From NCBI RefSeq assembly GCF_018977255.1, contig NW_024704742.1:133612001-133676000 (forward strand): a DNA stretch of 64,000 nucleotides. Reading direction: 5' to 3'. The stretch is from Callorhinchus milii. Taxonomy: Eukaryota. The position numbers and the translations under genes are program-made. Every line of letters starts with the position of its first letter. Position 1 is the stretch's first letter. A model generated the notes under the pieces. That model was not told the DNA's origin, did not search any database, and saw only the letters and a program-made list of their open reading frames with translations. Shown here one piece after another: positions 41,001 to 56,000 of this stretch.

Positions 41001-44000
41001 AAGCTGGGAGTGAGTGCTAACAACTGAGCGAGATTGACACCTAAAAGATAGGGTCCTGATCTAGTGAATCACCCAGTTCCCTCTCCATCTGCCATGTTCT
41101 GCGAAGTGCTTTGAGTCATCTGAATTATGTGATAAGGTGCTATATCAAATGCAAGGATTATTATTAGTATTCTTCAGTGTAAAAGTGAACCTGAGGAAAA
41201 TGCTAAAAGTGATCGAGACATTAAAAGCAACACTAAAGCTTAACAGCACCAGCTGGACACTGCCTGCAAGACTGCAACTGAGAGGATTACAAGCAATTTT
41301 GTGGAACCGTAGCTCCCATTAAATAAAGATGTAACTTTTGGAGTAGGCTGTGTTTACCAAGATTGCCTGGAGTGTTGTTAAACATGCTTTCGCTATAACT
41401 GATATCATCTGATGTCCTCTCGACCTTGCATCCGACAGCAAATGTCTTCACTGTCATGTGTGAACTTATCGTAGGATGATAGCAATTCACAACGCAGAAA
41501 GAGGCCATCAATTCTGAACCAGTTCTCAGAGCAAAGTGTCCATTCAATCTCATTGCCCCTTCCTATCCCTGTATCCCTTCAAGCCTTTATCCTTCGTATA
41601 CCTGTCTCATTCCCCCTTGAAACCCACAATGGACTTTGTCTCTCTCTCTCTTATGTGTCAGCTTGGTTCAGTTGGTAACACTCCTGCCATAGGGTCTCAA
41701 TGTTGTGCGTCCAAACCCCAAATCTCCCAGTCTAAGTGCAGTACTGCCAGGCAGTGCTGTATTATTGGAAATGCCATCATTCAGATGAGATGTTAAGCCC
41801 GAGGTGCCATCTGCCTGTTTGGGTGGCCGTAGAGATCTCATGAAGCTATGCAAAACAGCAGAGGGTTCTTCCCCAGTTCCTGACGGACAATAATAATAAT
41901 AATAATCCTTGCATTTGACATAGCGCTTTTCACGTCTTCTGGACGTCTTAAAGCGCTTCACAGAATAGACTGCAAAATGAATTGACTGTATAATTGTGGG
42001 CGAATCGCGGCAGCCAATTGTGCATAACAGTGTCCCACAAACAGTCATGGATTGGAATGACCAATTTATTATTGTTTTTTTTGAGGGATTATTATCAAGC
42101 GTGTGCAGTAAGGAAACTTGCCCAAGCTTTCACCCTGCCAGGAATCGAACCCAGGTCTCTCGCTTGCAAAGCGAGTGCTCTAACCACTGAGCTACAGGAC
42201 AATCTCCTCTGCACCTTTTCCAATGCCTTAACATCCTTCCTATAGTGTGGAACTTGTATGCTTCGATTTCACAAATACCCTCTGTGATCCTGGGAGAGGC
42301 ACCACGGAGGTCGTTTGATTGATTGGAGTATCAGTTAGCAGATCATGCACCTTAAATGGTTCAATCATTCATTTGGGAGATGTCAGCAATCGCCTGTAAT
42401 AAACCATACTGGATATGCAAATGTCCTTGCAAAAGAGAAAAACACTCTAAATTGAATTTGGTTTGATGTATGTTTCACCTCTTCCCCCCCCCAAGGCAAG
42501 ACAGTGCTAAATGATTGATATTTGTGTAGCTTCCTTTAAATCTCTTGTAGAGACAAAAACTGACGCAAGGCACTGTTTTGATCGGAACATAAGTAGAGGG
42601 TTATCTATGTTACAAAAAAAGCTGAACGTTCATCTATGCATGTCTCAACAGCAGCTCTTTATATCTCATAGAATCATAAAATTATGCAGCACAGAAGGGG
42701 GCCATTCAGCCCATCGTGTCCATGCTGGCTCTTTGAATGAGCTGTCCAAATTAATCCTATTCTCCCGCTCTCTGCTCTCTCCCAATAGCCCTACAAATTT
42801 GTCCTCCCCAAACATCTATCTACTTCTCTCTTGAAAGTTGTTATCGAATCGGCTTCCACCACCCTTTCAGGCAATGCATTCCAGATCCGAACAACTCTCT
42901 CTTTCTGTTTCTTAGTCCCCGCGCCCCCCTCCACACACACACACACACACACACACTTACACCTTTCTCTCTGTATCTAAGTCAGCACAGATCAGGATCA
43001 TATTGTTAAGCTACCCAATGCACCCACTGCACAGCGTATCACCATACATTTTGCTCACCATACAACACACCCACCATAGAGAGCTCATAGAGTGCTCATA
43101 AAACAATGCTGTCACTGCTCGCTTCATGCAAACCAATCCTGCTGCACTGATCCGCTGTCTCTTTTTACGGATGTCCACCATTATGCCTCTCTTCCCTTGT
43201 TATGACTGAGTACCCTCTAGCCAGTTTGCGGATGAGGCTTTTTAGCTGTGGTTTGAAGTCTGACTCCTGTGCCCCTCTGGTTTATTATTGACAGAACATT
43301 TGCCAGACTCTCTGGTGCTCTGTGAACGGCACGTGTCGCTCCAAGCTGGACGCTGCAGCAGATGGGACCAGATGTGGCGTAAACAAGGTTTGTGAACATA
43401 TCATTTATGGTTCTCCACCCTCCCTCCCTCCACCACTCGCTCCCTCCCTCCGTAGGACTCTCGTCAAATCTTAGCTCATTGAGTGCACACTTCTTAACCC
43501 CTCCCCCCCTCCCTTGTTCAGTGTTCCTGTAAAGTGCTCTAAGGCATCACTCTACATTGAAGGATGTTATGTAAATGCAAGTTATTATCGTGTTCCTTGT
43601 AAATGTGAATGAAGCAGATTCATAGAATTACGTAGAGTGACACAGAATAAGGGTGTATCCACCGATGTGCTCTGATTATTGAGTTAATTGAGAAAGGGCT
43701 AAGACATGCAGTGGAGATTTATTATAACGCAGTGGGCATCCATTTAATCCCATCCTGCCTTATAGGGTGTTGTGATCTATACATGTGTGTAGCCGGACAG
43801 CTTGCTTCCTGCGAGCTGGATGGTTTCTTGCGTTAATAGAGAGAGAAAAAAGACTGATTTCTGGGTTTGTTGGGTTCCCATCGACATCAATTCCTGCTGT
43901 GTGAGCGAAGCAGGAAGTGACATCGCCAGTGACCTGATGGGCTGCAAATCGTCCATTCTCTTAGCACGGGGATCTAAAGATGGCCGACAGCCAACGTGAG

Positions 44001-47000
44001 CCAAGAGCCAGTAAACAACGCAACATTTAATCGACTTTGCAAACTAGACCTGAGAAACCTCCCTGTGTTTTGAATGGACTGTGCACTATCTCCCTGCAGT
44101 TGTCTCCCGTTTGTGAGATTCAGATCGCTCACAAAACAATCCTGGTCAGAAATACCTTAATTTACACTTTTTTGAGAAGCATAATAATAGATCACAAGAT
44201 TGATTCGATGAAGAAGAAGATCTTTGGCCCATCCAATCTCATCCCTCCAGAACATCCATTCTACTGTCTCCTTAATCATACCATCAACTTGCTTTTTAAA
44301 TGAGTCCCAGTGTCCTGGCTTCAACCACTCTTCCATGCACCCTGTTCCAGTTGTTATAGAATCATAGAATCAAAGAATATTACAGTACAGAAGGAGGCCA
44401 ATTGGAAGAGCTACCAATCATTCCCACTCCCCATATCTTTACAATTTGTTTCTTTTCAAGTACTTATCTAATCCCCTTTTGAAAGTTGTTTTTGAATCTG
44501 TATCCATCACCTTTTCAGGCAGTGCATTCCAGACTGTAACTATTCTGTGTAAAAAAATATACTTCTCATCTCCCCTCTGGTACTTTTGCCAATTATTTTA
44601 AATCTATGTCCTCTGGTTACTGACCACCTGAAGTGCAAACAGTTTCTCCCTAACTACTCTATCAAAATCCCTCATAATTTTTAACAATTGTTAAAAATAA
44701 CAATTTTTAACAAATTTTAAAACTGTTTCCACTGGCATGTAGGTCAGTAACCCGAGGACACCGATTTAAGATAGTTGTTAATAGAAACCGAGGGGAGGTT
44801 AGGATTTTTTTTTTCACCCAGCGAGTTGTTGGGATCTGGAATGCATTACCTGAAAAGGCAGTGGAAGCCGATTGAATAACAACTTTTAAGAGAGAAGTAG
44901 ATGGGTATTTGGGGAGGACAGGATTGCAGGGCTATGGAGAGAAAGCAGGCCAGTGGGATTGAGTTGATTGCTCTTTTCGGAGCCAGTGCAGACACGATGG
45001 GCCGAATGCTCTCTTTCTATGTTTGATCCATGATTCTATGATTCACTGTATAATATAGTGGAGTCCTGTAGCTCAGTGGTTAGAGCACTCGCTTTGCAAG
45101 CGAGAGACCTGGATTCGATTTCCGGCAGAGTGAAACCTTGGGCAAGTTTCTTTACTCCACACACCTGATAATAATCCCTCAAGAAAAAATATATAAAATG
45201 GTCACTTCAATCCGTGACTGTTTGTGGGACACTGCTGTGTGCAATTGGCTGCCGCATTTCAGTATATTTTGTGAAGCGCTTTGAGACGTCCAGAAGACAT
45301 GATAAGGCGCTCTATGAAATACAAGGATTATTATTATTATTATAGTGACTAATTGTAGGTGAACTCTGCAGCCATTTTACACACAGCAATGTCCCTCAAA
45401 CAACCTGAAGTGAACCTGAAGTGAATGACCAGTTTTATCTGGGGAATTGTTGGTCTGGTCGCCAGGAGAAACTGCTTTTTCTTTTTGAATAGTGCCATGG
45501 GGTCTTTAACATTCATTTGTACATATAAACGGGACCTCGGTTTAACATCTCATCCGAAGATGGCATCTCCAACAATTCAGTGGAATGCAGCACTGTATTA
45601 AACCGAAGTTCTGTCTGCATGTTTCGGTGGACATTAAAGATATCTATTTGAAAAGAGAACAGATTTTCTCCCATTGTCCTGGCCAATAATACCCAGATAA
45701 AACTGATCATTCACTTCATGGCTGTTTGTGGGATATTTCTGGGTGCCATGTTCATCTACAGAATACACAGTCGTTACACTTTACAGTAAATCCTGTGAAA
45801 GAGACTTTTGAGAACGTGATTAGGCAATATATAAAAAGCAGGGATAATTGTTATTACGTATTCAAGACTGAGAATTCAAAAACTAAAGGAATTAAGGGAT
45901 ATGGGGATAGGGCAGGTAAATCGAATTAGGTTAGAAGATCAGCCATGTTCTTATTAAATGGTGGGGCAGGCTCGTGGGGCCGAATGGCCTACTCCTGCTC
46001 CTATTTCTTATGTTCTTCTGTTGCTGTATAAAGCAGTTTTCTTTGTACTTTTTGACTGATATGGAGATGTCTCGAATCAAAACTGCACATCCCAGTGGGA
46101 AGATCACAAGCACAATTGGTGAAGTTCCTTGGGTTAATTGGCATAAAGTACAAATGTTATGGTTAAAATTGCCAACTAAACTTTGTTATGTGGAGTGTTG
46201 TACTCTCTTATAGACTCAATATTGCTTCCACCTGGCTCTGTTCCGAAGAAAAATATAGTCAATTCATTTTACAGTATATCCTGTGAAACATATATATATG
46301 TGTGTATGTGAAGTGCTTTGAGATGTCTCGAAGACATGATAAGGCGCTACATCAAATGCAAGAATTATTATTAGTGAGTTGGTGTAGAGTTTGCGGCGTT
46401 GGTTATTTGTAAAGGTAGAGCCCTAAAGGAATCTCGACTTATGAGTATAATTTAAACTGAAATGGAGTACTGACTACTTGACCAGAACATTGATTTATTG
46501 TGGTTGGTATTAACTGAGATGTGCTGGGAATCCAGCTAATCAGAGAGGACACAGCTGTGTGAGGACAGAAAGCTTTAACTCCCGCCCTCTCAACTTTGGA
46601 TCCCCAAATTTCATTCACAAACTCGGAAGAGAGGTTCAGCCCATTCGACCTCATCCATCCACAACACGCTGCCTATATCATCGAGCTGTGTGACAGTCTG
46701 CCTCAGTCGGAAACATTCTCACCTCTCGTAACTTCAATGCCCCACGTCAGGACTTTGAACTCACATCATCCAAGCTGATCCTCCAGTGCAGTGGATTAAA
46801 TCAATTATAATTAATAATAATCCTTGCATTTGATATTAGCATTTGATATGCTGTAGATGCACTATTCCCCATCATTAAATAACACAAAGAACAAGTTAAG
46901 GAATTTCCCACGAGAACAGGAGAGGGGTCTCATCTGAATCGCAAGGTAACCAGAAGCTAAATTCAAGATTCTACTTAATAATGCAAGATGATCTAGAAAG

Positions 47001-50000
47001 AAAGGCTCTGCTTAATATTGAATGCTGTCTTGCAGGCAGTTAAGGTGGCAGATAAATACACAGTGACTACACTTTAAGTGGATCCTGTGTGTCAATCAAG
47101 GATTTGCTCAGGGGTAGGAGGGTGACCGAAGGCGCTGTCAAAGAGGAGGGTCTAGAAATGGCCTTGAAGGTGGCAAGCGAGGATGCGAGGTGAAGGGTCT
47201 GTGAGATGGAGTTCCAAAAGGTGGGGCAGAGAGGTTGAAGGCCCGACCACCAATGGTGGGACGGGCCGGATGGGGGACATGGAGCAGGTCAGAGTCTGCT
47301 GAGTGGAAAGGTCGGTATGGAGTTAGCAGGTCACAAAGGTAGGGAGGAGCAAGACCATGGAGCGCTTTGAAAGTGAGGACGAGGATTTTCAAATCTATCT
47401 TCTGGAGGACGGGGAGCCAATGGAGCCGGGAGAGAATGGGAGAGACAGATGCACGGAGCTTGAATCTTTCCCCCTTCCTGGCAACCTGTTCCAGTCATTA
47501 ATTACCCTCAACTGTCCATTTGACCAGTTGGCAAGCCTGTAACAATGTGGGTCGATGGTGTCAGGCAACACCTGTTTCTGCAGCTGCAGCTCACGCTTCT
47601 GCATTCAAAAGGCAAAGATTCCTCTTTGCAAAGCTGAACGCACCACTACTCCTCACAGCATCAGCAGCCTGGAATCTTGCCAACTACACCCAGGAGGCTC
47701 AAAAGAAGCCAATGAGGGACACTCAAAGCCGTTCGTTGGAAGCTGTGGGAAACCTTCTCCATCTGTTTTGTCTTCCAGCCTTTTGGCAATCTTTAATGTT
47801 GTGAAGCGTGAAGGAAAGATCCTGCGCTTCTCCAGTAATTTTTGCTTATGGACAGCATGGATTTCCCTGCAGCCTTTTCAAGACAAACAAGCTGGCTTGT
47901 GGTGTGGTGAAAGAAAGCTTTTTTCTTATTCTGGGGAACAGTCGGCTCACACGCCGGGGAATTGCCCTTGTCTTTTATCACCAGGCCGGGGGGGTCTCTA
48001 TTGTCCATCAAACAGGCACAAATGGGACCTTGGTTTAACATCTCATCTGAATGACAGCACCTCTGATTGCTACTCTCCACCCTCTCCCCCCGCAACATCC
48101 CCTCCATATACTGCCCTGGAGTTCCAGTGTGCAGTTTATGAGCTGAACTTCTAGGGGAGGGGTACTTAAACCTTCCTCCCCAGCTCTCCCCACAAGCCTC
48201 TGGCCCAGAGGCGAGATGGAGCCATGCTCACATCTGTTCTTGACACAGATGTCATTCACAGCTATGTCCTAATTTTCAAGGGAAGACAGGGAATAACTGA
48301 GGCACGTTACAACTTTCTACAGGAACTGAATTAAAAGTTTGTGTTCTTATTAAAATGTATTATCTGCTTTGTGAGCAGTATACGAGAACCTCTGGAGATT
48401 CCTGCCTCAGTCACTCTGCCTTGTGCACTCTATCCTTTCTTCAGATCGCACCAGAAGACTTTCCTCTTTGAACATGCCTCCAGTCACCTCCCCTTTCTCC
48501 GATATGAATGCACCAAATTTCCTCTTAAATCTGTTGATTTTTTTTTGCTTTGACCATACCTTTCAGCAATCTTTATACTCCACAATGGTCTCCATCCATC
48601 TTTTCGCCCACTCCCCATTACTCCTCTATAATTCCTTCTCTCACATGTGTATAATAAAATAATGATCATTGCATTTGATATAGCACCTTATCACATATTC
48701 GAGGTGTTTGTAACTTGAAATGACTGTATACTTTATGTGTGCGAAGCCTGCACAACAGTGTCCCACAAACACTCATGGATTGAGTTACTCATTTATTATT
48801 ATTTATTTAAAGGAATTATTACCCCCCAGCAAAAGCGATCCGCCAATTGACGAACAACCGGGTATCTACTTACTGCTAGTTAAACAGAGGCGTGCAGAGT
48901 AAGGAAACTTATCCAACATTTTGCCCTGCTGGGAATCAAACCCAGGTTTCCACTTGCGAGGCGAGTGCTCTAACCACTGAGCTACAGGAATCTACAATGC
49001 TTAAATTGAGCATCGTTGAAAGCGTTTGTAAGACTATGGCATCCCTTAGCTGTTGTTATTTGACAGTACCAGTGCATTGTGGTACAATGTGCTAGTGATG
49101 GTGGACTATTGAGTGAATTGTAAGCAATATCTCACCAACAGCTGCGAAGTGAGTGACCAATTTTTATTTGGGGGATTGTTGACCATGACAGTAAAACTCC
49201 CTTCTCTTTTCGAAAAGTGCCATGGGATCTTTAACATCCACCTGAACAGGTAGATAAGACCTTAGTTTAATAATAATAGTAAATATTAATGCTTGCATTT
49301 AATACAGTGCTTTCACATTGTCGAGACGTCTCAAATTGCTTCACAGGATACACTGTAAAGTGGATGGACTGTATTTTGTGAATGGTATGCGGCAGTCAAT
49401 TACATACAATATCTCACAAACAGCCATGGAGTGAGTGACCAATTTTATTTGGGGGATTGTTGGCCAGTATAGTGGGAGAAACTCCCTTCTCCTTTCAAAT
49501 AGTGCCACGGGATCTTTAACGTCCCCCTGATGGAACTCAGTTTAACGTCTCATCAAAGGGTTGGCACCTCCAACAATGCGACACACCCCCAGCACCGCAT
49601 TGGAGTATCAGTTGTAGTTCCAAGTCCCGACGTGAAGCTTGAACCCAACGACCTTCTGACTTGGAGGCGAGGGTGCTACCATTGCGCCAGACTGACACAC
49701 AATGTTATCTGAAGGGCGGCATCTCCGACAATGTAGTGCATCCCCTAGCAATGCACTGGTGTGTCAGCCAAATTCCCAATGTGGGGCTTGAACCCACAAC
49801 CTTCTGACTTCAGAGGCAAGAGTACTGCTGACTGAGCCAGACTGATACAGGTGAAACATCTATCAAAACAAGTAAACAACTTGTTCCCTTTTACCTTCCA
49901 GTCTCAGTATTAGATTCCAAGCTTCTCCTACAAGGTCACATATCCACAGCATTTGCCAGCTCTGTAAATCCGCAATGCTGGGTGGGAGGAAGTGGATGGG

Positions 50001-53000
50001 GTGGGGGATCAATTCCTGGAAATAGCCAAGATAAGAACACCATTAAGAAAATATTGTTTTCGCCTTCTAACTGTTACCAAGGCTTGTGGAACACAATAAA
50101 GACTATTCCCATGCTCCCTTCACGCTTCTTAATGATTCTGTAGCTCCATAAAGCACAAACACACTCACACACACGTCTCATTCCAGACAACAACCAGCCA
50201 GAGATTTAGGGGGAATTAACTCATTTCAATGACGTTCTCGATGATCTGAAATGGATACTTTGCAATCATTTTCCAGGGAATCTTTCGCTCTCTTAAACGG
50301 TTAGCACAGGCTGTTCAAACCAACTAAAGTTGAAATGTGGAAATACATTCAGGTTTCTATGCAGGGTGATGAAATAATGAAACTGTGCAATTGGTGCAAA
50401 ATTCATACACGACCTTGACAGACATTTACTCTTAAGTATAAAAATAATTAACAACTAGAAGGGGAAAGATTGCCAGGACGGGTGGTTGAGGCCAGGACAC
50501 TAGATGTATTTAAAAAGCACTGGATGTTGTGATGGGGGGACAGGAGGGTGGGTGCCCTGGGAGCATGAGATTGGATGACCGGTCTTGTGATCTGGTGACA
50601 GGAATCATAATCCTTACATTTGATGTAGCACCTTTCATGTCAGGAGGACGTCTCAAAACGCTTCACAGAACTTTTGTACTGTGAAGTGACTGTATATTGT
50701 TTAGGTGATCCCACAACTAATTTACCAACAACAATGTTTCACAAACAGCCGGTTTAACGTCACAACATCCATCTGAAGTACGGCACCTCTAACAGTGCAG
50801 TGCTCCACCAACACCTATGTGATTATGAAACCATGAAAGTGATGTAAAATTTACACAAAGCATTGCATTATTGCACTAGTGCCAATAACGTCACATCTGA
50901 AGGATGTGTGATAATTGTTTGGGAATATCAGTCTAACTCACTCTGAAGCGACAACAACTTACATTTACATCAGACCTTTCACGTAGGATACTGTCTAACA
51001 AAGACGGGAGGAAAGAGCATGTATTTCGCCCACAAAATGCAGTCAATCCACTGTACAGTACATTTTGTGAATTGCTTTGAAACATCTCAAGAGCGTGATA
51101 AGGGGCTGCCTGCCCGACCGACCGACCGAGCTGTTCACAGGTCACAGAAGTCTTTCTCCGTGACCTCACACTCACACTGTTTTCGTGTTGGCAAAACACC
51201 GACTCTTTCTGCAACACAGCAGCCTTAAACTCTGCAAATAAATTTATATAAGCTCATAAATAAAGTGCTAGGAGAGTTTTGCAATGTTCTTAAATATTTC
51301 AAGATGTTTTTTTTTGGAGGAGGCTAACTTGGTGGGGGGTTTGTGGGAGTAAAAGATGGGGGGAAGGGGAGTGAAACTAATGCCTGGCTCCTGTTGATTT
51401 ACTCTGAAGCGTCGCCAAAGGAAATGTTGTCTTTTAATCCCTTGGCGGGATATATCCACAGGACAATCGAATAATTTAGTGAATTCCTTTCTTCCATCTC
51501 GAACAGTCTTTCTATTTCTCTAGTTTCGCGGAATAAATCTTTATTTTAAATAATAATCACAATAATAATACTTGCAATTGGTATAGCGTCTTTCGCTCAG
51601 TATCAAAGCGCTGTTTGTTTTGTGTGTTAACAAGGCAGTCAGTTTTCTCACAGAACTATCCCCAGGAACAGCCATAATAAGTCATAATAACAATAATTAT
51701 AATCCTTGCATTTGATAAAGCGCCTTATCACGTCGTTGAAATGTCTCAAAGTATTTCACACAATACATTGTAAAGTGAATTGCCTTGTTTATTTTGTGGG
51801 CGAAACACGGCAGCCAATTGCACACATCAGCGTCCCACAAACAATCATGGATTCAGTGACCACATTTTTTTGAGGGATTATTATCCCGGGAAAGCGATCT
51901 GCCAACTGGGTTCCTACTTACTGCTAGGTAAACAGAGGCGTATGGAGTAAGGAAATTTGCCTAAGGTTTTACCTAAGGAATCAAATCAGGTTCCTCTTGC
52001 TTGCGAGGCGAGCAAATCACTGCAGTATGGGAATCCCTCCATGAAGTGAATGAGCAATTTTATTTAGATGATTAGGACACCAGGAGAATCTCCCTTCTCT
52101 GTTTGCGTAATGTCTACCTGAAACAGGGAGACAGGACCTCGGTTTGACTTCATCCAAAAGACGGCACCTCTGACAAAGTAGCACTCCCCCAGCACTGCAC
52201 TGGGGGTGTGGAGTCCTGTAGCTGAGTGGTTAGAGCACTCGCCTCGCAAATGAGAGACCTGGGTTCAATTCCTGGCAGGGTGAAATGTTGGCCAAGATTC
52301 CTTACTCCACACGCCTCTGTTTACCTAGCAGTAAGTAGAAATCTGGTTATCAGTCGATTGGTGGATCACCTTCCGGGGTAATAATTCCTTCAAAACAAAA
52401 ATCGGTCATTCAATCCATGTCTGTGTGTGGGAAGTTGCTGTGTGCCACTGGCTGCTGTGTTTTGCCCAGAAAATATACAAATTCACAGTATATTCTGTGA
52501 AGCGCTTTGAGATGTCTCGAAGACGTGATGCGGTGCTATATCAAATGCAAGGATTATATTATTGGAATGTCAACATACATCTAGATTGTGAGTGGTAACC
52601 TGGGGCTTGAACCCACAACCTTCAGACACAGAGAAGAGTGTGCTACCAACTCAGACAGGCTGACACCCAAAGATGCCAGCACCATGGTAATGATTTTACA
52701 CTGGCTGGACTACATACGTACAAGCAATGGAGGGTGGTGTAGAAGGACCAGGTGCGAGAACCCTGGATGATTTTCCCCTCCCTTGGGAAAGGAACGTGAA
52801 TGAAAATATATTTTTGGATGTTGTGTTAGGGTTTCCCATGGGTCACAGCTGGTAATGGTTGAAAGACACTCACTTATTCCTCATTCTAAAGACGGAGGAA
52901 TGCGGGATTGGCACAGAGTTAGCGTGAAGAATGAGAAGAATCCTTGAAATTGATGTGAACTTGATGTGACATCCACAACATCGAGACCTTCTCAAAACAA

Positions 53001-56000
53001 TTCCCAAAATTTCTGTTAAGCGTCGTGAATTCTGTGTATTCTGTAGGCAAACGTGGCAGCAGTTTCGATTGGGATGTCCTTCTGATGTGAAAGGTGCTAT
53101 GTAAATGTAAATTTGTATTGTACTTTGTAGTGTATTGTACCACACATAACCATGAATGACCAATTTTATGGGAACATGTCAAGTCTAGGCTAACTCTCCA
53201 ATGCAGTGTTGGGGGGGCACAGGCTGTGCTACATTATTGTCCTTCAGATTGGATGTTAAACCAAACTCCTTCCATGGCACTTTTCGAAAAGAGAAGGAAG
53301 TTTCTCTCTCCCGGTGTCCTGGCCAACAATCCCCCAAATTAAAACTGATCACTCACTTCATGCCTGTTTGTGGGACCTTGCTGTGCTCAAAATTGCTGCT
53401 GTGTTTATCTACAAAATCCACAGTTACTACACTTTACAGTAATTCCTTTGAAGCATTTTGAGACAACACACTGACATGAAAGGCAAAAAAACAAATGCAA
53501 GGATTACTATTATTATTTACTTTATCCAAAGCCCTAATAATATTGAATACCTCAAAGTAGTCTTATTTCAGTCTCTGTTCTGTTTTATACTAATTATTTA
53601 TAAAATGATTGCATTTCACGTAGCGCCTTATCATGTCGTCGATACGTCTCAAAGTGCTTCATTGGATTGACTGCATAAAAATAGTAGTAGAAGCATAAAG
53701 CATTAGGATTAAAATAAGATATTTTGGGGGGATCAAACCTGGGTTTAGTTACAAATGCAATCCTCTTACATGTAAACTCCCGTTGTGTTCCTTTTTCGTA
53801 TTCCCAGTTCTGCAGGAGGCTGAAAGCGGATAAAACAAACTTAACAAACCAGCCAGCTAAGCCCTTGATTGATGTAATGAGTCTGAGGTTGCATTGCAGG
53901 CAGTGAATTGCAATCTACGCACACCAGCCAAGTCGCAAGCATCAAGAGCCTCAGTCACTTATATTGATTGAAACACTGAAATCCTTTGATTTATATGCCT
54001 CTTTTTTTTATGATTATGGACGTGCAATTATTTTCTTCTAATATTCTCTCCTCCATTTCCTCTCTCTGCCTCTCTGCGTCACTGCCCTGCTCTGATGGTA
54101 ACAAGGTAATGGGCCTCTCTACAGGCTGAGCACTAACTCCACAAAATATAATAATTATGATGTGATCACTTCAATCCACGACTGTTTGTGGGACACTGAT
54201 GTGATGTAATTGGCTGCCGCATTTCGCCCACAAAATATACAGTCAATTCACTTTACAGTATATTCTGTGAAGCGCTTTGAGATGTCTCAAAGATGTGATG
54301 AGGCGCTATATCAAATGCAACGATTATTATTATTGTCAAGCCCTTTGAGGTTTTCTTCCGACTTGTGGAGATCATAAACTGTTCTGTGTGTATTGTAACT
54401 CATTCCAAGATGCAACCCAGTGTGAAGGGCGCTATATAAATGCAAGTTGTTGAATTGTTGTAATGCAGTGATTGCATTTACCTTCCAGTGGTGCTTTAAT
54501 GGCGAGTGTGTGACCGTTGGCAATCGGCCGGACACGATCGATGGAGGATGGGGGGCCTGGAGCATCTGGGCCCACTGTACCCGCACGTGTGGAGCTGGGG
54601 TTCAAGCCGCGGAGAGGCAGTGCAGCAACCCAGTGTGAGTACAACCCCACGCTTCCCCCATGACCACCTCAACACCTACCCAACCCCACAGCCCAGATCC
54701 TGTGATTTCGCCCACAAAAAATGCTGTCAATTCACATCACAGTCTATTCTGTGAAGAACTCTGAGACGTCTCAACCGCATGATAAGACTCTGTACGCAAG
54801 GATTATTATCATTATTATGCTGTGATACATCCATGCTTTCCAATAGTATCACAGGCTCATTAGCACTCACTTGAGGAGGAGAGATTCTGCACTTTGGTTC
54901 TCATGCGAAGGTATCTTATGACAGCTCAGCGCTCCCTCAGCACTGCACTGCACTGGAGTGTCAACCTAGACCATGAGCTCAGATTCTGACATGGGCGCGG
55001 GTTGCATTCAGCAAAAACTTTCATTCAGCAGTTGCCAACCTGTGCCTTAGCGGGCTCCAGCCTGCTTCAATTCCTCCGCCTTTCTCGCCTCACTATCAGT
55101 GGGCGGGGCTTCCGCCACTCTGCACCCACCCTCTGGAACTCCATCCCGCAGTCCGTCCATCTCGTCTCCTCCCTCGCCACCTTCAAGACCGTGCTTTCAA
55201 TCTCCCTGCTTCCCCCTCCCACATCCCGACACTCAACTCCGTAACTCTGTCTGTCCAGCACCTTGGGACGACCTCTCGACGAGAAAGACGCTATATAAAT
55301 GTAATTTTGTTGTTGTTGTAATACTTTCCAGAATTAGGTAAGCAGGATGTGTCCCACCAGCGAGGGATAACGCAATCCAATCGAACAATCTATCTCTGGG
55401 ATTTCCACGTGTAGGTGGGATGCATGGAATTCTCAGTTTGCCTTCGGTACTCTTTAATAATAACCAAAAAAAAAACCAAAAATAATGATCGGGTAGGATA
55501 CCAAGCAAAGGAGACTGGGGAAGGGGAGGTGACCATAGTCACAGTTGAAGAGGTAGGTGTGATTTAAAGACGGATAAGCAGAGGCGAGAAGAAGGGAATT
55601 CGAGAGGTTGGAGGCGTAACAGCTGGAAAATATCAGAGATAAAACTTTCCAAACTCCTGATCCAATGGCTAGCAACTGAACCAAACTGGCACCTCATGCA
55701 AGTATTTTTTTTTGGTGTGTCCAGTGTGCATTGGGGTAACTGCTGGAGTCTAACCAGCTAAAAACTCATAGCTTGCCATTGATGGTACTGTCTGGCAAGC
55801 TTTCCTGCTGCTTATCCAGCTGGGACCACCCTACCTGTTACGGTTTTGGCTTGCAGTGTTAATAGGAACTGATTGGGAGGCTCCTAATAACACTGCTGCC
55901 AGTGTAAATACTAAATAGCAAATTGTTAGTAGAATAACCTGAATTGAGTTTAATTCATTTGATGCTAAGATCAGCAATAGGTCCAGGAAATTGCTGCAGG

